From Terriglobia bacterium (GTDB taxonomy: Bacteria > Acidobacteriota > Terriglobia > UBA7540), in contig JBJKQK010000168.1 of assembly GCA_046705285.1 (NCBI GenBank), forward strand, positions 1,276 through 65,275: a stretch of DNA of 64,000 nt. The letters are read 5' to 3'. The position numbers and the translations under genes were made by a program. Shown here piece by piece: positions 42,434 through 53,144 of the stretch. Under the pieces are notes generated by a model that worked only from the letters and a program-made list of their open reading frames with translations, made no database searches and was not told where the DNA came from. Position 1 is the first letter of the stretch, and each line of letters begins with the position of its first letter.

Positions 42434-44392
42434 ATGTCAGTAATTCACATCCTTCCCGAGGCCGTCGCCAACAAGATTGCGGCGGGCGAAGTGGTCGAGC
42501 GGCCGGCTTCTGTGGCCAAGGAGCTGGTTGAAAACTCGATTGATGCCGGAGCGCACGAGGTTGAAGTCCGCGTGGAGAGCGGGGGCAAGCGCCTAATCCG
42601 CGTGGTGGACGACGGCTGCGGCATGACACGCGACGACGCCCTGCTGGCCTTCGAGCGGCACGCCACCAGCAAAATCAAGTCTGCCGAAGACCTGGACGAG
42701 ATCGCAACACTGGGATTTCGCGGCGAGGCCTTGCCTTCCATAGCGGCCGTATGCCGCCTGAATCTCGAAACCCGCCACGTCTCAGAAGAAGCGGGCACGC
42801 GGATGGAATTTGCGGGCGGGAAGCTTCGTGACGTCAAAGAAATCGCCCGGCCGCCCGGCACCACGATTGAGGTTCAAGGCCTGTTCTACAACGTTCCGGC
42901 ACGCCGCAAATTCTTGCGATCAGAATCCACCGAACTCGGGCATATTGCTTCTATGGTTACGCATTACGCGCTGGCCCACCCCGACAAATCGTTCCGGCTC
43001 GAGTCCGTGTCCAATGAAATCCTGGCCGTTTCTCCCGTGGCGAGCCATCGCGAGCGGATTTACCAGGTGATGGGCGCGCAGGCTCTGGAACAACTCGTGG
43101 AATTTGGACCCATCGAGCGCCAACTGCTGCCGCTTGCCAGCAGTATGCATCTCGGCGAGGAAGCAGAAGACCATGTCGAGCCGGCGGCAGCGCCGGTTTT
43201 CAAAATCTTCGGTTTTGTTTCGCGGCCGGAAGTTCACAAGCTGAACCGCAACCAAATCTACTTTTTTGTCAGCCGACGGCTGATCCGCGACCGGTTGGCG
43301 CTGCACGCGCTGAATGAGGCTTATCGCAACATTCTGCCGGCCGGAATCTTTCCAGTGGCAATGATTTTTCTCGATCTTCCGCCGGGTGAAGTTGATGTAA
43401 ATGTTCACCCCTCAAAAGCCGAGGTCCGCTTCCGCAACTCATCTTTTGTGCACGACCTGATTCGCGATTCGGTGCTTCAGGCCTTGATGGCTGCACGGCC
43501 TGTCGCAGCATTCCCCATGCGCAGGCCGGTACAAGCCGATGACCGGCAGGACAGGGTCGAAGCGGGCGATGAAATAACGGCACCTTCGGCGGGAACGAGG
43601 CAGTGGGTGCCCACGGCAAAGCAGAGAGATGCGTCTGGTTCGGCGCCGGCCAGAGTGTTCCAACTCTCAGCGCCCAGGCCGGCACCCTCGCCGGGATATC
43701 TTCCCCTGGCCGAGGAGGCGCTCTCCATTTATGCTTCAGCTGCACCCGTATCCTGCTCGGCTCCATACGCTGAGGGTGAGCCCGCTTCGCCCGAATCCCG
43801 AACCGGTGAACTTCCCTCGGACCTCCTGCCGCTTGGCCAGGTGCAATCCAGCTTCATTGTAGCCACCAACGCGGAAGGGCTTTGGATCATCGATCAGCAC
43901 GTGGCGCATGAGCGGATCTTATTTGAGCAGCGCCTGCGACAGCGCCAGGACAGCGAACTCGAAGGACAGCGGTTGCTTATTCCAATCATCATGGACCTGC
44001 AGCCGGAGCAACGTGCCACCTATCAGGAGATCGCAGGGGAACTGGCTGCCAACGGATTTGAGGTGGAAGCTTTCGGCCAGGGAAGCGTGGCCGTGAAGTC
44101 ATCACCCGCCGACATTCATGCTGAAGACGTGGAAAAGCTGGTACGTGAGATTCTGGACGGTGTGAGGCGCGAAGCGCGCGCCCTGTCGCTGAACGAGTTG
44201 CGGCGAAACATCGCGGCCACTGTGGCATGCCATGCGGCCATCAAGGTCAATATGCCGCTTGACCAGGAGAAAATGAGCTGGCTGCTACTGGAACTGAGCA
44301 AAACGGAATGTCCCATGACCTGCCCCCACGGACGCCCGATCGTGCTGCGGTACGACATGAAGGAGATTCAGAGAGCCTTTAAGAGGATCTGA
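42434..44392 (+). CDS. mutL: DNA mismatch repair protein MutL
   Basis: In-frame ATG at 42434. ILPEAVANKIAAGEVVERPASVAKELVENSIDAG marks the GHKL ATPase. The C-terminal dimerisation domain reads ...CPHGRPI. Confidence 0.95.
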   Translation: MSVIHILPEAVANKIAAGEVVERPASVAKELVENSIDAGAHEVEVRVESGGKRLIRVVDDGCGMTRDDALLAFERHATSKIKSAEDLDEIATLGFRGEALPSIAAVCRLNLETRHVSEEAGTRMEFAGGKLRDVKEIARPPGTTIEVQGLFYNVPARRKFLRSESTELGHIASMVTHYALAHPDKSFRLESVSNEILAVSPVASHRERIYQVMGAQALEQLVEFGPIERQLLPLASSMHLGEEAEDHVEPAAAPVFKIFGFVSRPEVHKLNRNQIYFFVSRRLIRDRLALHALNEAYRNILPAGIFPVAMIFLDLPPGEVDVNVHPSKAEVRFRNSSFVHDLIRDSVLQALMAARPVAAFPMRRPVQADDRQDRVEAGDEITAPSAGTRQWVPTAKQRDASGSAPARVFQLSAPRPAPSPGYLPLAEEALSIYASAAPVSCSAPYAEGEPASPESRTGELPSDLLPLGQVQSSFIVATNAEGLWIIDQHVAHERILFEQRLRQRQDSELEGQRLLIPIIMDLQPEQRATYQEIAGELAANGFEVEAFGQGSVAVKSSPADIHAEDVEKLVREILDGVRREARALSLNELRRNIAATVACHAAIKVNMPLDQEKMSWLLLELSKTECPMTCPHGRPIVLRYDMKEIQRAFKRI

Positions 44393-44597
44393 CGTTTAGG
44401 CGTGAAGACGCCGTCGCCCTGATGCATTTCCTCAGTGACATCAAAAACCATCACGCAAAGGACACGGAGGAGATTCCCCGGCTTTGTGTTAAAGTTTCAG
44501 AGACACAGAGGACAATGAGATACCTCTCGGGGACGCAACGCAGTTAGAGATGTTCCCCAACATGGAACAGCGCAAACCAATAATTCGATAGGAAACA

Positions 44598-45284
44598 ATG
44601 GCGGGACCCCTTGTTATTGCGATTGATGGACCTGCGGGCGCCGGCAAGAGCACCGTAGCCCAGATGCTTGCCGAACGTCTGGGGCTGGCCTACGTGGACA
44701 GCGGCGCTACTTACAGGGCCGCCGCGCTCAAGGTTGTGGCGGCCGGTGTTTCACTTGAAGATGAAAACGAAATCGCCCGAGTCGTAGCGTCGGCTGAAAT
44801 CCGATTTGTTTCTCGCCAGCCACAGCCGCAAATCCTGCTGGATGGAAAGGACGTTACCGCAAAGATCCGGACCTCTGACGTCACTCTGGCTGCAGCGCGC
44901 GTCTCGCGCCTGCCGGAGGTCCGCAAAAAGCTGATTGCCCTTCAAAGGTCGCTCCTGAAAAGCCCGGGTGTGGTGATGGAAGGGCGCGACATCGGAACTG
45001 TCGTTTTTCCCGATGCGCCGCTGAAAATCTTCCTGAAAGCCGAGCCGAACGAGCGAGCCCGGCGCAGGCTGCAGCAGAACCACCAACAGGGACGCCCGTC
45101 TACGATGACGGATACGATGACAGAGATTTCAAACCGCGATCAACTGGATGCACAGAGGAAGATATCGCCGTTGGTTCCCGCCGAAGACGCCACAATCCTC
45201 GACTCCACTTCCCTCTCCGCTGAAGAAGTGGTTGAAGAGATTCTGGAATTGGCTCGGATGAAGAAATTACTGGGCCCACAGTAG
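44598..45284 (+). CDS. cmk: (d)CMP kinase
   Basis: 228 aa. IAIDGPAGAGKST is the P-loop, followed by YVDSGATYRA. Confidence 0.95.
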   Translation: MAGPLVIAIDGPAGAGKSTVAQMLAERLGLAYVDSGATYRAAALKVVAAGVSLEDENEIARVVASAEIRFVSRQPQPQILLDGKDVTAKIRTSDVTLAAARVSRLPEVRKKLIALQRSLLKSPGVVMEGRDIGTVVFPDAPLKIFLKAEPNERARRRLQQNHQQGRPSTMTDTMTEISNRDQLDAQRKISPLVPAEDATILDSTSLSAEEVVEEILELARMKKLLGPQ

Positions 45285-45316
45285 GGCGCCTGTGTGGTCA
45301 AAAAGCCGCCCGGCCT

Positions 45317-46651
45317 TTACCTCCCGCCATTCGACATGGAAGCCAGGAACTCGGAGTTGTTCTTGGTCTTGGAGAGCTTGTCGATGATAAGTTCCATTGA
45401 CTCGACAGGCGACAGCGGGTTCAGGACTTTGCGCAGGACCCAGATGCGATTGAGCTCGTCTTTCGGCACCAGCAGTTCTTCCTTGCGGGTACCCGACTTG
45501 TTGATTTCGATGGCCGGAAACACACGCTTGTCGACCAGCTTACGGTCGAGGTGAACTTCCATGTTGCCGGTGCCTTTGAATTCTTCAAAGATTACGTCAT
45601 CCATGCGGCTTCCGGTATCGATCAAGGCCGTGGCGATGATGGTGAGGCTGCCACCCTCCTCTACATTACGCGCCGACCCGAAGAAGCGCTTGGGGCGCTG
45701 GAGCGCGTTGGAATCGACGCCGCCGGAGAGCACCTTGCCCGAGGGCGGCACCACAGTGTTGTACGCACGGGCGAGGCGGGTGATGGAATCAAGCAAAATC
45801 ACCACGTCGCGCTTGTGCTCAACCAGCCGCTTGGCCTTTTCAATCACCATTTCAGCCACCTGCACGTGGCGAGCGGCAGGCTCGTCGAACGTGGAACTGA
45901 TCACTTCACCCTCGACGGTCCGCTGCATGTCGGTCACTTCTTCCGGCCGCTCGTCAATCAGCAGGACAATCAGCGTGACTTCGGGATGGTTCGCGGTCAC
46001 GGAATTTGCTATGGTCTGCAGCAGCATGGTTTTGCCGGTACGCGGCGGAGAAACGATCAGGCCGCGCTGGCCCTTGCCGATGGGCGTCAACAGATCCAGC
46101 ACCCGCGCTGATACGTTCTCCTGGGCCGTTTCCAGGCGCAGCCGCTCCTGGGGATAAAGCGGAGTGAGGTTGTCAAAAAAGATCTTGTTCCGCGCCTCGT
46201 CGGGCGGCTCAAAGTTGATGGCCTCCACCTTGATCAGCGCAAAGTAACGCTCGCCTTCTTTGGGAGGGCGAATCTGGCCGGAAACCGTGTCGCCGGTCCG
46301 CAGATCGAACTTGCGAATCTGCGAAGGCGAGACATAGATGTCATCGGGGCCCGGCAGGTAATTGTAATCGGGCGCGCGAAGAAAGCCGAAGCCGTCCGGC
46401 AGACATTCCAACACTCCTTCTGAAAAGATCAGCCCGGCCTTCTCGGTCTGCGCCTGGAGAATTTTGAAAATCAGCTCTTGTTTGCGCATGCCGGTGGCCC
46501 CGGCGACTCCCAGGTCCTTCGCCACCTGGGTGAGCGTCGCAATGTTCATTTCTTTCAGCTTGGCGATATCGAGGACCTCGCTCTCCTTCAGCTCCTCGAT
46601 TTTTTCTTCCTGCACAACGATTGGCTTTTCTTCGTGTTTTTTGGACGGCAT
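45317..46651 (-). CDS. rho: transcription termination factor Rho
   Basis: 444 aa with an N-terminal RNA-binding domain ([14 protein letters not shown]), Walker [12 protein letters not shown], and full-length similarity to the family pattern. Confidence 0.97.
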   Translation of the reverse strand: MPSKKHEEKPIVVQEEKIEELKESEVLDIAKLKEMNIATLTQVAKDLGVAGATGMRKQELIFKILQAQTEKAGLIFSEGVLECLPDGFGFLRAPDYNYLPGPDDIYVSPSQIRKFDLRTGDTVSGQIRPPKEGERYFALIKVEAINFEPPDEARNKIFFDNLTPLYPQERLRLETAQENVSARVLDLLTPIGKGQRGLIVSPPRTGKTMLLQTIANSVTANHPEVTLIVLLIDERPEEVTDMQRTVEGEVISSTFDEPAARHVQVAEMVIEKAKRLVEHKRDVVILLDSITRLARAYNTVVPPSGKVLSGGVDSNALQRPKRFFGSARNVEEGGSLTIIATALIDTGSRMDDVIFEEFKGTGNMEVHLDRKLVDKRVFPAIEINKSGTRKEELLVPKDELNRIWVLRKVLNPLSPVESMELIIDKLSKTKNNSEFLASMSNGGR

Positions 46652-47082
46652 GTTAATCTCTCAAATTCAATTTAATTTAAAATCCTGTAGAGGATTCCCT
46701 TCTCAAGAATGGGAGATTCCGCTGTTGCTTCAACCCTTGATCATCGCAGCAGGTAAGTTGAACGGTTCATCAAGGCAAGTCAGCAGAATTTCCGAATGGT
46801 ATACTTCTCGGCAGTAATTTCCAGGTTTCTCAAACCGAATTGGCTTGAATCAGTTGACGTTATTTACTGACGCAGCGAGAAAAACTCAATTCCCGTCCTG
46901 GGTGGACGCGCAATTCCCGGCCAATGTCCGGCCTGCTGGGTTCGTCAGGGCCGCCTTCTCCCCCAATCTTGTTCCAATGATCTATGAATTGATATCGCTC
47001 CTGGAAAAACCGTAAGGCGGATCCAGATCCAGAACTTTACTTTTATTCCCGGGGTCTTCGAACTCAGACATCATTATTAAAT

Positions 47083-49512
47083 TCAATTCGTCAGAGATTC
47101 CCGGTCAGATTCGAGCGAGGTGTCGAGCCCCCGAGCCTCTTCCGACTCGGCGGCAAGGTCGGCGATTGCCTCGATCTTCCGTTCGAGTGCCAGATCGAGA
47201 ACCTCGTCCATGGTGTCAACAAACCGGATGGCCAAATCTCCCTGAATGTTTTCCGGAATTTCGGAAAGATCCTTCTCATTGTCACGCGGGAGCAGCACAG
47301 TTCGGTTGCCGGCACGATGGGCGGCCAGGATCTTCTCTTTTACGCCGCCGATAGGCAGTACCTTGCCCCGTAAAGTAATTTCGCCGGTCATGGCAATGTC
47401 CCGGTCTACCGGAATCTTGGTCAGGGCGCTGACCATCGCAGTGGCCAGTGTGATGCCCGCTGAAGGACCGTCTTTCGGGATAGCGCCTTCGGGAATGTGA
47501 ATGTGGATGTCCACGCGACGGTAAAAATCTGGAGGAAGTCCTAACCGGGGAGCCCGGGAGCGCACGTAACTCAAAGCCGCCTGTGCAGATTCCTGCATCA
47601 CGTCACCCAACTTGCCGGTAAGTGTCAGCTTGCCCTTGCCGGTCATCACGGTGGCTTCGATATACAGAATCTGGCCTCCGACTTCAGTCCAGGCCAGGCC
47701 GGTGGCAAGACCCACTTCATTCTTCTCTTCGGCCTTGGTATCGCGAAACTTGATCACACCCAGGTATTCGCGAAGGTCATCGGGCTTCACTACTGCCTTC
47801 AGTTCGCGGCCCTCCTGGACAACCTTGCGCGCAACCTTGCGGCTGATGTTGGCGATCTCCCGCTCCAGGTTGCGGACTCCAGCTTCGCGCGTGTAGTTTC
47901 GGATGATTCCAACAATGGCCTCATCCTCAAACTTCAGGTTCTGCTCTTTTACGCCGGTAGCCTCACGCTGCTTACGCACCAGGAATCGTTTGGCAATTTC
48001 CAGCTTCTCCTGTTCGGTATAGCCGGAAAGCCGCAAAATCTCCATGCGATCCTGAAGCGGCTGTGGAATCGTATGGATCACGTTGGCGGTCGTAATAAAG
48101 AAAACCTTGGACAGGTCGTACTCAACGTCCAGATAGTGGTCGGCAAACATGTGGTTCTGCTCAGGATCCAGCACTTCCAGCAAGGCAGCGGATGGATCTC
48201 CCCGGAAATCCATACTCATCTTGTCAACTTCATCGAGCAAGAACACAGGATTGACCGTTCCGGCTTTCTTCATCATCTGGATGATCTGGCCGGGCAAGGC
48301 ACCGATATAAGTCCTTCGATGGCCGCGAATTTCCGCTTCGTCCCGGACCCCGCCGAGAGAAAGACGCACAAACTTTCTTCCTGTCGCACGGGCAATCGAG
48401 CGGCCCAGGGATGTTTTCCCCACTCCCGGAGGTCCCACAAAGCAGAGGATGGACCCGCGCGGAGTCTTCACCAGTTGACGAACAGCCAGGAACTCCAGAA
48501 TGCGTTCTTTAATCTTCTCGAGCCCATAGTGATCTTCGTTTAGAATCTTTTCAGCGCGGCGGATGTCCCTGATCTCCTTCGACTTCTTCTTCCAGGGCAC
48601 CGCCAGCAGCCAGTCGAGATAGTTCCGCGACACGGTGGACTCTGCCGACATCGGAGGCATCAGTTCCAGCCGCTTAATTTCTCCCATGGCCTTATCGAGG
48701 GCGTCTTTCGTCATGCCCGCGGACTCGATCTTCTTCTTCAGCTCATCGATTTCGCTCTTCTCGTTCCGTCCCAGCTCCTTCTGGATTGCCTTGATTTTCT
48801 CATTCAGGTAATACTCCCGCTGGGCCCGCTCCATTTGCCGCTTCACACGTCCCTGGATGGAGCGATCGACATTCAGCTTTTCAATTTCGATATCCAGTAT
48901 ATCGGCCAGGCGGGTGAGGCGGTCGACAGGATCGAAAAGTTCCAGCAGTTCCTGTTTTTCCTCAATGCTGATGCTTAGATTGGCAGCCACCGTGTCCGTA
49001 AACTTGCTGATCTCCTCCACTTTGGCGGCGGCAATCATGGTCTCATAATTCAGGCTTTGAGAGAGTTTGACATACTGCTCAAAGAGCGAAATCACGCGTT
49101 GAACGAGTTGCTCCAGGCTGGGCGTGCTGACAATCCGGTATGACGCCGTCTTCACATTGGCGCGGAAATAGCCCTCCTCGCTGGAAACTTTCAGAATCTT
49201 CCCGCGCTCGCTACCCTCCACCAGGACTTTGATGTTTCCATCCGGAAGCTTCAGGCTCTGGATGATGTTCGCAATGGTTCCCACCTGGTAAATGTCATTG
49301 GGCTTGGGATCATCGACCGAGGCATCATGCTGGGTAGCCAGAAAGATTTTCTTGTCACCCGCCAGGGCCTCCTCGAGAGCACGGATGGAACTCTCGCGCC
49401 CGACCACGAACGGAGTCATCATGTAAGGAAAAATAACGACATCCCGGATGGGCATCATCGGCAGAATACGGGTATCACCTTTTTCTCGGCCAGAGAACAT
49501 AGCGGAGTCCAT
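47083..49512 (-). CDS. lon: endopeptidase La (Lon protease)
   Basis: 809 aa. GPPGVGKTS is the Walker A motif and [10 protein letters not shown] carries the catalytic Ser. Confidence 0.98.
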   Translation of the reverse strand: MDSAMFSGREKGDTRILPMMPIRDVVIFPYMMTPFVVGRESSIRALEEALAGDKKIFLATQHDASVDDPKPNDIYQVGTIANIIQSLKLPDGNIKVLVEGSERGKILKVSSEEGYFRANVKTASYRIVSTPSLEQLVQRVISLFEQYVKLSQSLNYETMIAAAKVEEISKFTDTVAANLSISIEEKQELLELFDPVDRLTRLADILDIEIEKLNVDRSIQGRVKRQMERAQREYYLNEKIKAIQKELGRNEKSEIDELKKKIESAGMTKDALDKAMGEIKRLELMPPMSAESTVSRNYLDWLLAVPWKKKSKEIRDIRRAEKILNEDHYGLEKIKERILEFLAVRQLVKTPRGSILCFVGPPGVGKTSLGRSIARATGRKFVRLSLGGVRDEAEIRGHRRTYIGALPGQIIQMMKKAGTVNPVFLLDEVDKMSMDFRGDPSAALLEVLDPEQNHMFADHYLDVEYDLSKVFFITTANVIHTIPQPLQDRMEILRLSGYTEQEKLEIAKRFLVRKQREATGVKEQNLKFEDEAIVGIIRNYTREAGVRNLEREIANISRKVARKVVQEGRELKAVVKPDDLREYLGVIKFRDTKAEEKNEVGLATGLAWTEVGGQILYIEATVMTGKGKLTLTGKLGDVMQESAQAALSYVRSRAPRLGLPPDFYRRVDIHIHIPEGAIPKDGPSAGITLATAMVSALTKIPVDRDIAMTGEITLRGKVLPIGGVKEKILAAHRAGNRTVLLPRDNEKDLSEIPENIQGDLAIRFVDTMDEVLDLALERKIEAIADLAAESEEARGLDTSLESDRESLTN

Positions 49513-50774
49513 TAACTTGCCTTTTCAAAAAGAGATGGGTCAAAAAGAATTTCGTGCTTCAAAACCATTTCTTCCGTCACCAGGAATTCGCGGATGGAGC
49601 GCTGGCTGGGAAGATGATACATCAGGTCCAGCATCAAGTCTTCAAGAATCATGCGAAGGCCTCTTGCTCCCAGCTTGCGTTGGAGAGCCTGTGAAGCAAT
49701 CGCCCCCAGCGCGCCTTCGGTAAACTTTAGTTTAACATTCTCATATTCAAATAGCCTCTGGTACTGGCGAACGAGCGCATTCTTGGGTTCGGTCAGGATC
49801 TCAACCAGCGCCTTCTCGTCCAAGTCGCTCAGAACGCTGACGACCGGAAGGCGACCGACGAATTCCGGAATCAGGCCGTACTGAATCAGATCCATGGGCT
49901 GCACCTGCTCCAGCAATTCGATATTGCGGCACCCCGGGAGCACTTCTTGTCCTTCCTCGGGTATGTGGAACCCGAGGGATTTCTTACCAGTGCGCCGTTC
50001 GATGATCTTTTCCAGCCCCACAAATGCGCCCCCGCAGATAAACAGGATGTTCGTTGTGTCCACTGCAGTGAATTCCTGGTGGGGATGCTTCCGGCCACCC
50101 TGTGGCGGGACGTTGGCCACGGTCCCTTCAAGAATCTTCAGCAAAGCCTGCTGGACTCCCTCACCTGAAACATCGCGCGTGATCGAGGGATTCTCGTCTT
50201 TCCGCGACACCTTGTCAATTTCATCAATGTAGATGATGCCTTGCTGGGCCCGCTGGACATCACCCTGCGCGTTCTGGAGCAGCTTCAGGATGATGTTCTC
50301 AACGTCTTCACCGACATAGCCCGCCTCAGTCAGCGTTGTGGCATCCACAATCGCAAACGGCACCTCCAGAAGGCGCGCCAGGGTCTGAGCCAGAAGCGTT
50401 TTGCCCGTCCCCGTGGGTCCGATGAGCAAGATGTTGGACTTGGTCAGTTCCACATCATTGCGTACCTTGGTCAGCATGATGCGTTTGTAGTGGTTGTAAA
50501 CGGCAACGGCCAGCTTCTTCTTGGCCTTGTCCTGGCCAATGACATACTCATCTAGAAAGCGTTTGACTTCCGCCGGTCGCGGCAGTCTAGCTTCGGCGGT
50601 CGGAACCCGTTCCGCCTGGTCTTCTTCGAGAATAGTGTTGCAGATCGCTACGCATTCGTCACAGATATAAGCTCGAGGATGATCACCGGGTGAGGAAATT
50701 AACTTTCCGACGGAGTCTTGTGTCTTCTGACAAAACGAACAACGAAGTATTTCTTCTGAAACCAATCGTTTCAA
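49512..50774 (-). CDS. clpX: ATP-dependent Clp protease ATP-binding subunit ClpX
   Basis: 420 aa. CSFCQK...CDECV is the zinc-binding N-domain and GPTGTGKT the Walker A motif. It overlaps lon by 1 nt. Confidence 0.98.
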   Translation of the reverse strand: MKRLVSEEILRCSFCQKTQDSVGKLISSPGDHPRAYICDECVAICNTILEEDQAERVPTAEARLPRPAEVKRFLDEYVIGQDKAKKKLAVAVYNHYKRIMLTKVRNDVELTKSNILLIGPTGTGKTLLAQTLARLLEVPFAIVDATTLTEAGYVGEDVENIILKLLQNAQGDVQRAQQGIIYIDEIDKVSRKDENPSITRDVSGEGVQQALLKILEGTVANVPPQGGRKHPHQEFTAVDTTNILFICGGAFVGLEKIIERRTGKKSLGFHIPEEGQEVLPGCRNIELLEQVQPMDLIQYGLIPEFVGRLPVVSVLSDLDEKALVEILTEPKNALVRQYQRLFEYENVKLKFTEGALGAIASQALQRKLGARGLRMILEDLMLDLMYHLPSQRSIREFLVTEEMVLKHEILFDPSLFEKAS

Positions 50775-50789
50775 GTAATGTCGCCTCCG

Positions 50790-51392
50790 TTATTTGTGCT
50801 TCTCAATAATCTCATCCACAATCCCGTATTCGCGCGCCTGCTGAGCACTCATCCAGAAATCACGCTCGACATCGCGTTCAACCTTTTCGAGGGGTTGGCC
50901 AGTATGCTTGGCCATGATTTCGTTCAGCCCTGCCCGAATGCGCAAAATCTCCCGCGCATGAATATCGATATCCGTCGCCTGGCCGGAGAGCCCGCCCATG
51001 GTCGGCTGATGGATCAGGACCCTGGAATTTGGCAGCGCAAAGCGCTTGCCGGGAGTTCCGGCGGAGAGCAGCAGCGCTGCAATGCTGGCAGCCTGCCCGA
51101 TGCAGATGGTGGCCACATCAGGCCGGATAAACTGCATTGTATCGTAAATGGCCATGCCTGCCGTCACCACACCGCCGGGGGAATTGATGTACAGGGACAC
51201 ATCCTTCTCCGGGTCCTCGGCTTCAAGGAAAAGCAACTGTGCCGTCACCAAATTGGCAACATTATCATCAATCGGGGTGCCAATGAAAATGATATTATCG
51301 CGCCGCAGGCGGGAATAAATGTCGTAGGCCCGTTCGCCACGGTTCGTTTGCTCAACCACCATTGGAATCAATGTCATTGCTGGTCTTTCCAT
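50790..51392 (-). CDS. clpP: ATP-dependent Clp protease proteolytic subunit
   Basis: 200 aa. Motifs: [23 protein letters not shown] (catalytic Ser context), LIHQP. Confidence 0.98.
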   Translation of the reverse strand: MERPAMTLIPMVVEQTNRGERAYDIYSRLRRDNIIFIGTPIDDNVANLVTAQLLFLEAEDPEKDVSLYINSPGGVVTAGMAIYDTMQFIRPDVATICIGQAASIAALLLSAGTPGKRFALPNSRVLIHQPTMGGLSGQATDIDIHAREILRIRAGLNEIMAKHTGQPLEKVERDVERDFWMSAQQAREYGIVDEIIEKHK

Positions 51393-51413
51393 ATTCGTCA
51401 GCGCTCCCTGCCT

Positions 51414-52712
51414 TTAACTTTCGGCCTGGTGCGGAACGGACTCGGCTTTTTGCTGGGTCTTAGCGTTGCGATAGACGAGGTCAAGAGCTTTCTGATTACG
51501 GAGCCTACGTCTTATACTAGGCAGTTCATCATTCCGTGTCAAGCGCGTTTTTACCACCGCCGGCGCTTCGTGCCGCTCTTCGGCCACTTCACGAATCAAC
51601 TCATCGACCTCTTCTTCGGTAACCTCAATTCCCTCCGCTTCCGCGATCCTTTCAAGGATCAGAGAACCCCGAACTTCCTTCTCCGCCTCCGGCCGCCCGT
51701 CTTCCCGCAGTTTTGGCCAGTCAACCCCTACGGTCCGTGGGTCAACGCCCTGAGAAAGCAGACGGGTCAGAAGCCTTTCCATCCTGGCATCAACCTGCAT
51801 CTCGACAAGCGTATCCGGGACAGGAAAGCCGTGTGCCGCTGCTAATTGGTCCAATAGACTCTGCTTGGCGGAGGACTCAGCCTCATGCTTCTTGTGCACC
51901 GCAAGGTTCTCAGAAATCTTCGTTTTCAGCTCCTCCAGTGTCTTGGACTCGCTGACAGACTTGGCGAACTCATCATCCAGCGCGGGAACCACTTTCTTCT
52001 TGACAGCCTGAACCTCCACCCTGTAGCGAAAGGTCTTGCCCGCCAGGGATTTGGCGCTGAAATCTTCCGGGTAGCCTACCTCAAATTCGCGCACATCACC
52101 AGGTTTCGCACCTCGGAGATTCTCCGTGAAGGCCGGCACGGTCCCGTCACCCGCCAGGTGCACAATGGCGTCGTTCGCTTCCAGAGGATTCGCAGCTGGA
52201 ACGGCGCTATCAACCCCCCGATAGTTCACCGTAACGTAATCGCCATCCTGAGCTGGACGGCCGTCCACCGGCTCAAAAGTGGCCACGCGCTGTTGCAACT
52301 CTTCAAGGGACCGGGCCACATCGGCCTCGCTCACTTCGGTGGGTTGCTCCTCCACTTCAAGCCCTTTATAATCTTTCAGTTCAAACTGGGGAAGGATCTC
52401 GAACGTCGCCGTGCAGGTAAGTGGGCTATCATCCTCAAATTTTAAATCGGCGAAACGGCGCCGACCGACGACCGACATCTTCTGCCCTTTGGTAGCATCC
52501 TCAAAGTATTTCGGCAGGAGCGTCTGGACAACCTCATTGCGAATGTCTTCCTGAAAATGCCGCCTAACAAGCGAGGCCGGCGCATGCCCGGGGCGGAAAC
52601 CCGGAATTCGGGCCAGACGCCGGTATTGCGCCGTCACGGCATCAGTTTCCTGTTTGACGACATCCGGAGGTACTTCGATTACCAGCTCTTTCTTGCAAGT
52701 CTCAGATTCCAC
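51414..52712 (-). CDS. tig: trigger factor
   Basis: 432 aa with a GTG start, the GFRPGHAP motif and a central PPIase-like domain. It sits at the head of the tig-clpP-clpX-lon block. Confidence 0.95.
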   Translation of the reverse strand: MESETCKKELVIEVPPDVVKQETDAVTAQYRRLARIPGFRPGHAPASLVRRHFQEDIRNEVVQTLLPKYFEDATKGQKMSVVGRRRFADLKFEDDSPLTCTATFEILPQFELKDYKGLEVEEQPTEVSEADVARSLEELQQRVATFEPVDGRPAQDGDYVTVNYRGVDSAVPAANPLEANDAIVHLAGDGTVPAFTENLRGAKPGDVREFEVGYPEDFSAKSLAGKTFRYRVEVQAVKKKVVPALDDEFAKSVSESKTLEELKTKISENLAVHKKHEAESSAKQSLLDQLAAAHGFPVPDTLVEMQVDARMERLLTRLLSQGVDPRTVGVDWPKLREDGRPEAEKEVRGSLILERIAEAEGIEVTEEEVDELIREVAEERHEAPAVVKTRLTRNDELPSIRRRLRNQKALDLVYRNAKTQQKAESVPHQAES

Positions 52713-52827
52713 AATTCCTCATTCGCGGCTGTCAAGGTTGAAAGAGAACGGTGAGGTGGTCCTTAAAGCTTCTACCTGAAGGAATGGTCCAGTCCCCCAA
52801 CTGCACGGCCCGCCGGACCCAAAGCTC

Positions 52828-52855
52828 AGTATAGCATAAGGTTCCCGCCTGTCAA
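52828..52855 (-). promoter_or_regulatory. near-consensus sigma70-like promoter of tig
   Basis: On the - strand: TTGACA (52850-52855), 16-nt spacer, TATACT (52828-52833), about 115 nt upstream of the tig start. Confidence 0.55.
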
Positions 52856-53144
52856 CTGAACCGCTCTTGCCTTGTAATGAAACAGCAATTCTTGGAGCCG
52901 ATGGAAACCTTCGAGGCATTATCCGCCATTTGTTTAGATGCACCGGTGGGGCAAAGTGTGCTCAACCCGCCGCATTCTGGAAGCGCAGTCCATCCGGCGC
53001 CCACCAAAGCGCAGGTTCCAACGTCCCCGTACAGGATGAGGGACAATTGGTTTCCCGTAGCATCAAGACGGCGGCTGAGCGCCACCGACCGCTGCCGACA
53101 TCTGCAGTTCTCTCGAACTGGCACCCCCAAGCCACATCTTAACC

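Noticed and set aside
50778-51845. 355-aa + strand ORF
   Set aside because: It is antisense to clpP and tig. It is a shadow ORF.
52800-53140. Possible tRNA (tRNA genes often precede tig)
   Set aside because: AGCTCAGTATAGCA resembles a D-arm, but there is no matching D-stem closure, no GGTTCGAAT-type T-loop and no acceptor pairing. The same bases are better explained as the tig -10/-35 promoter.
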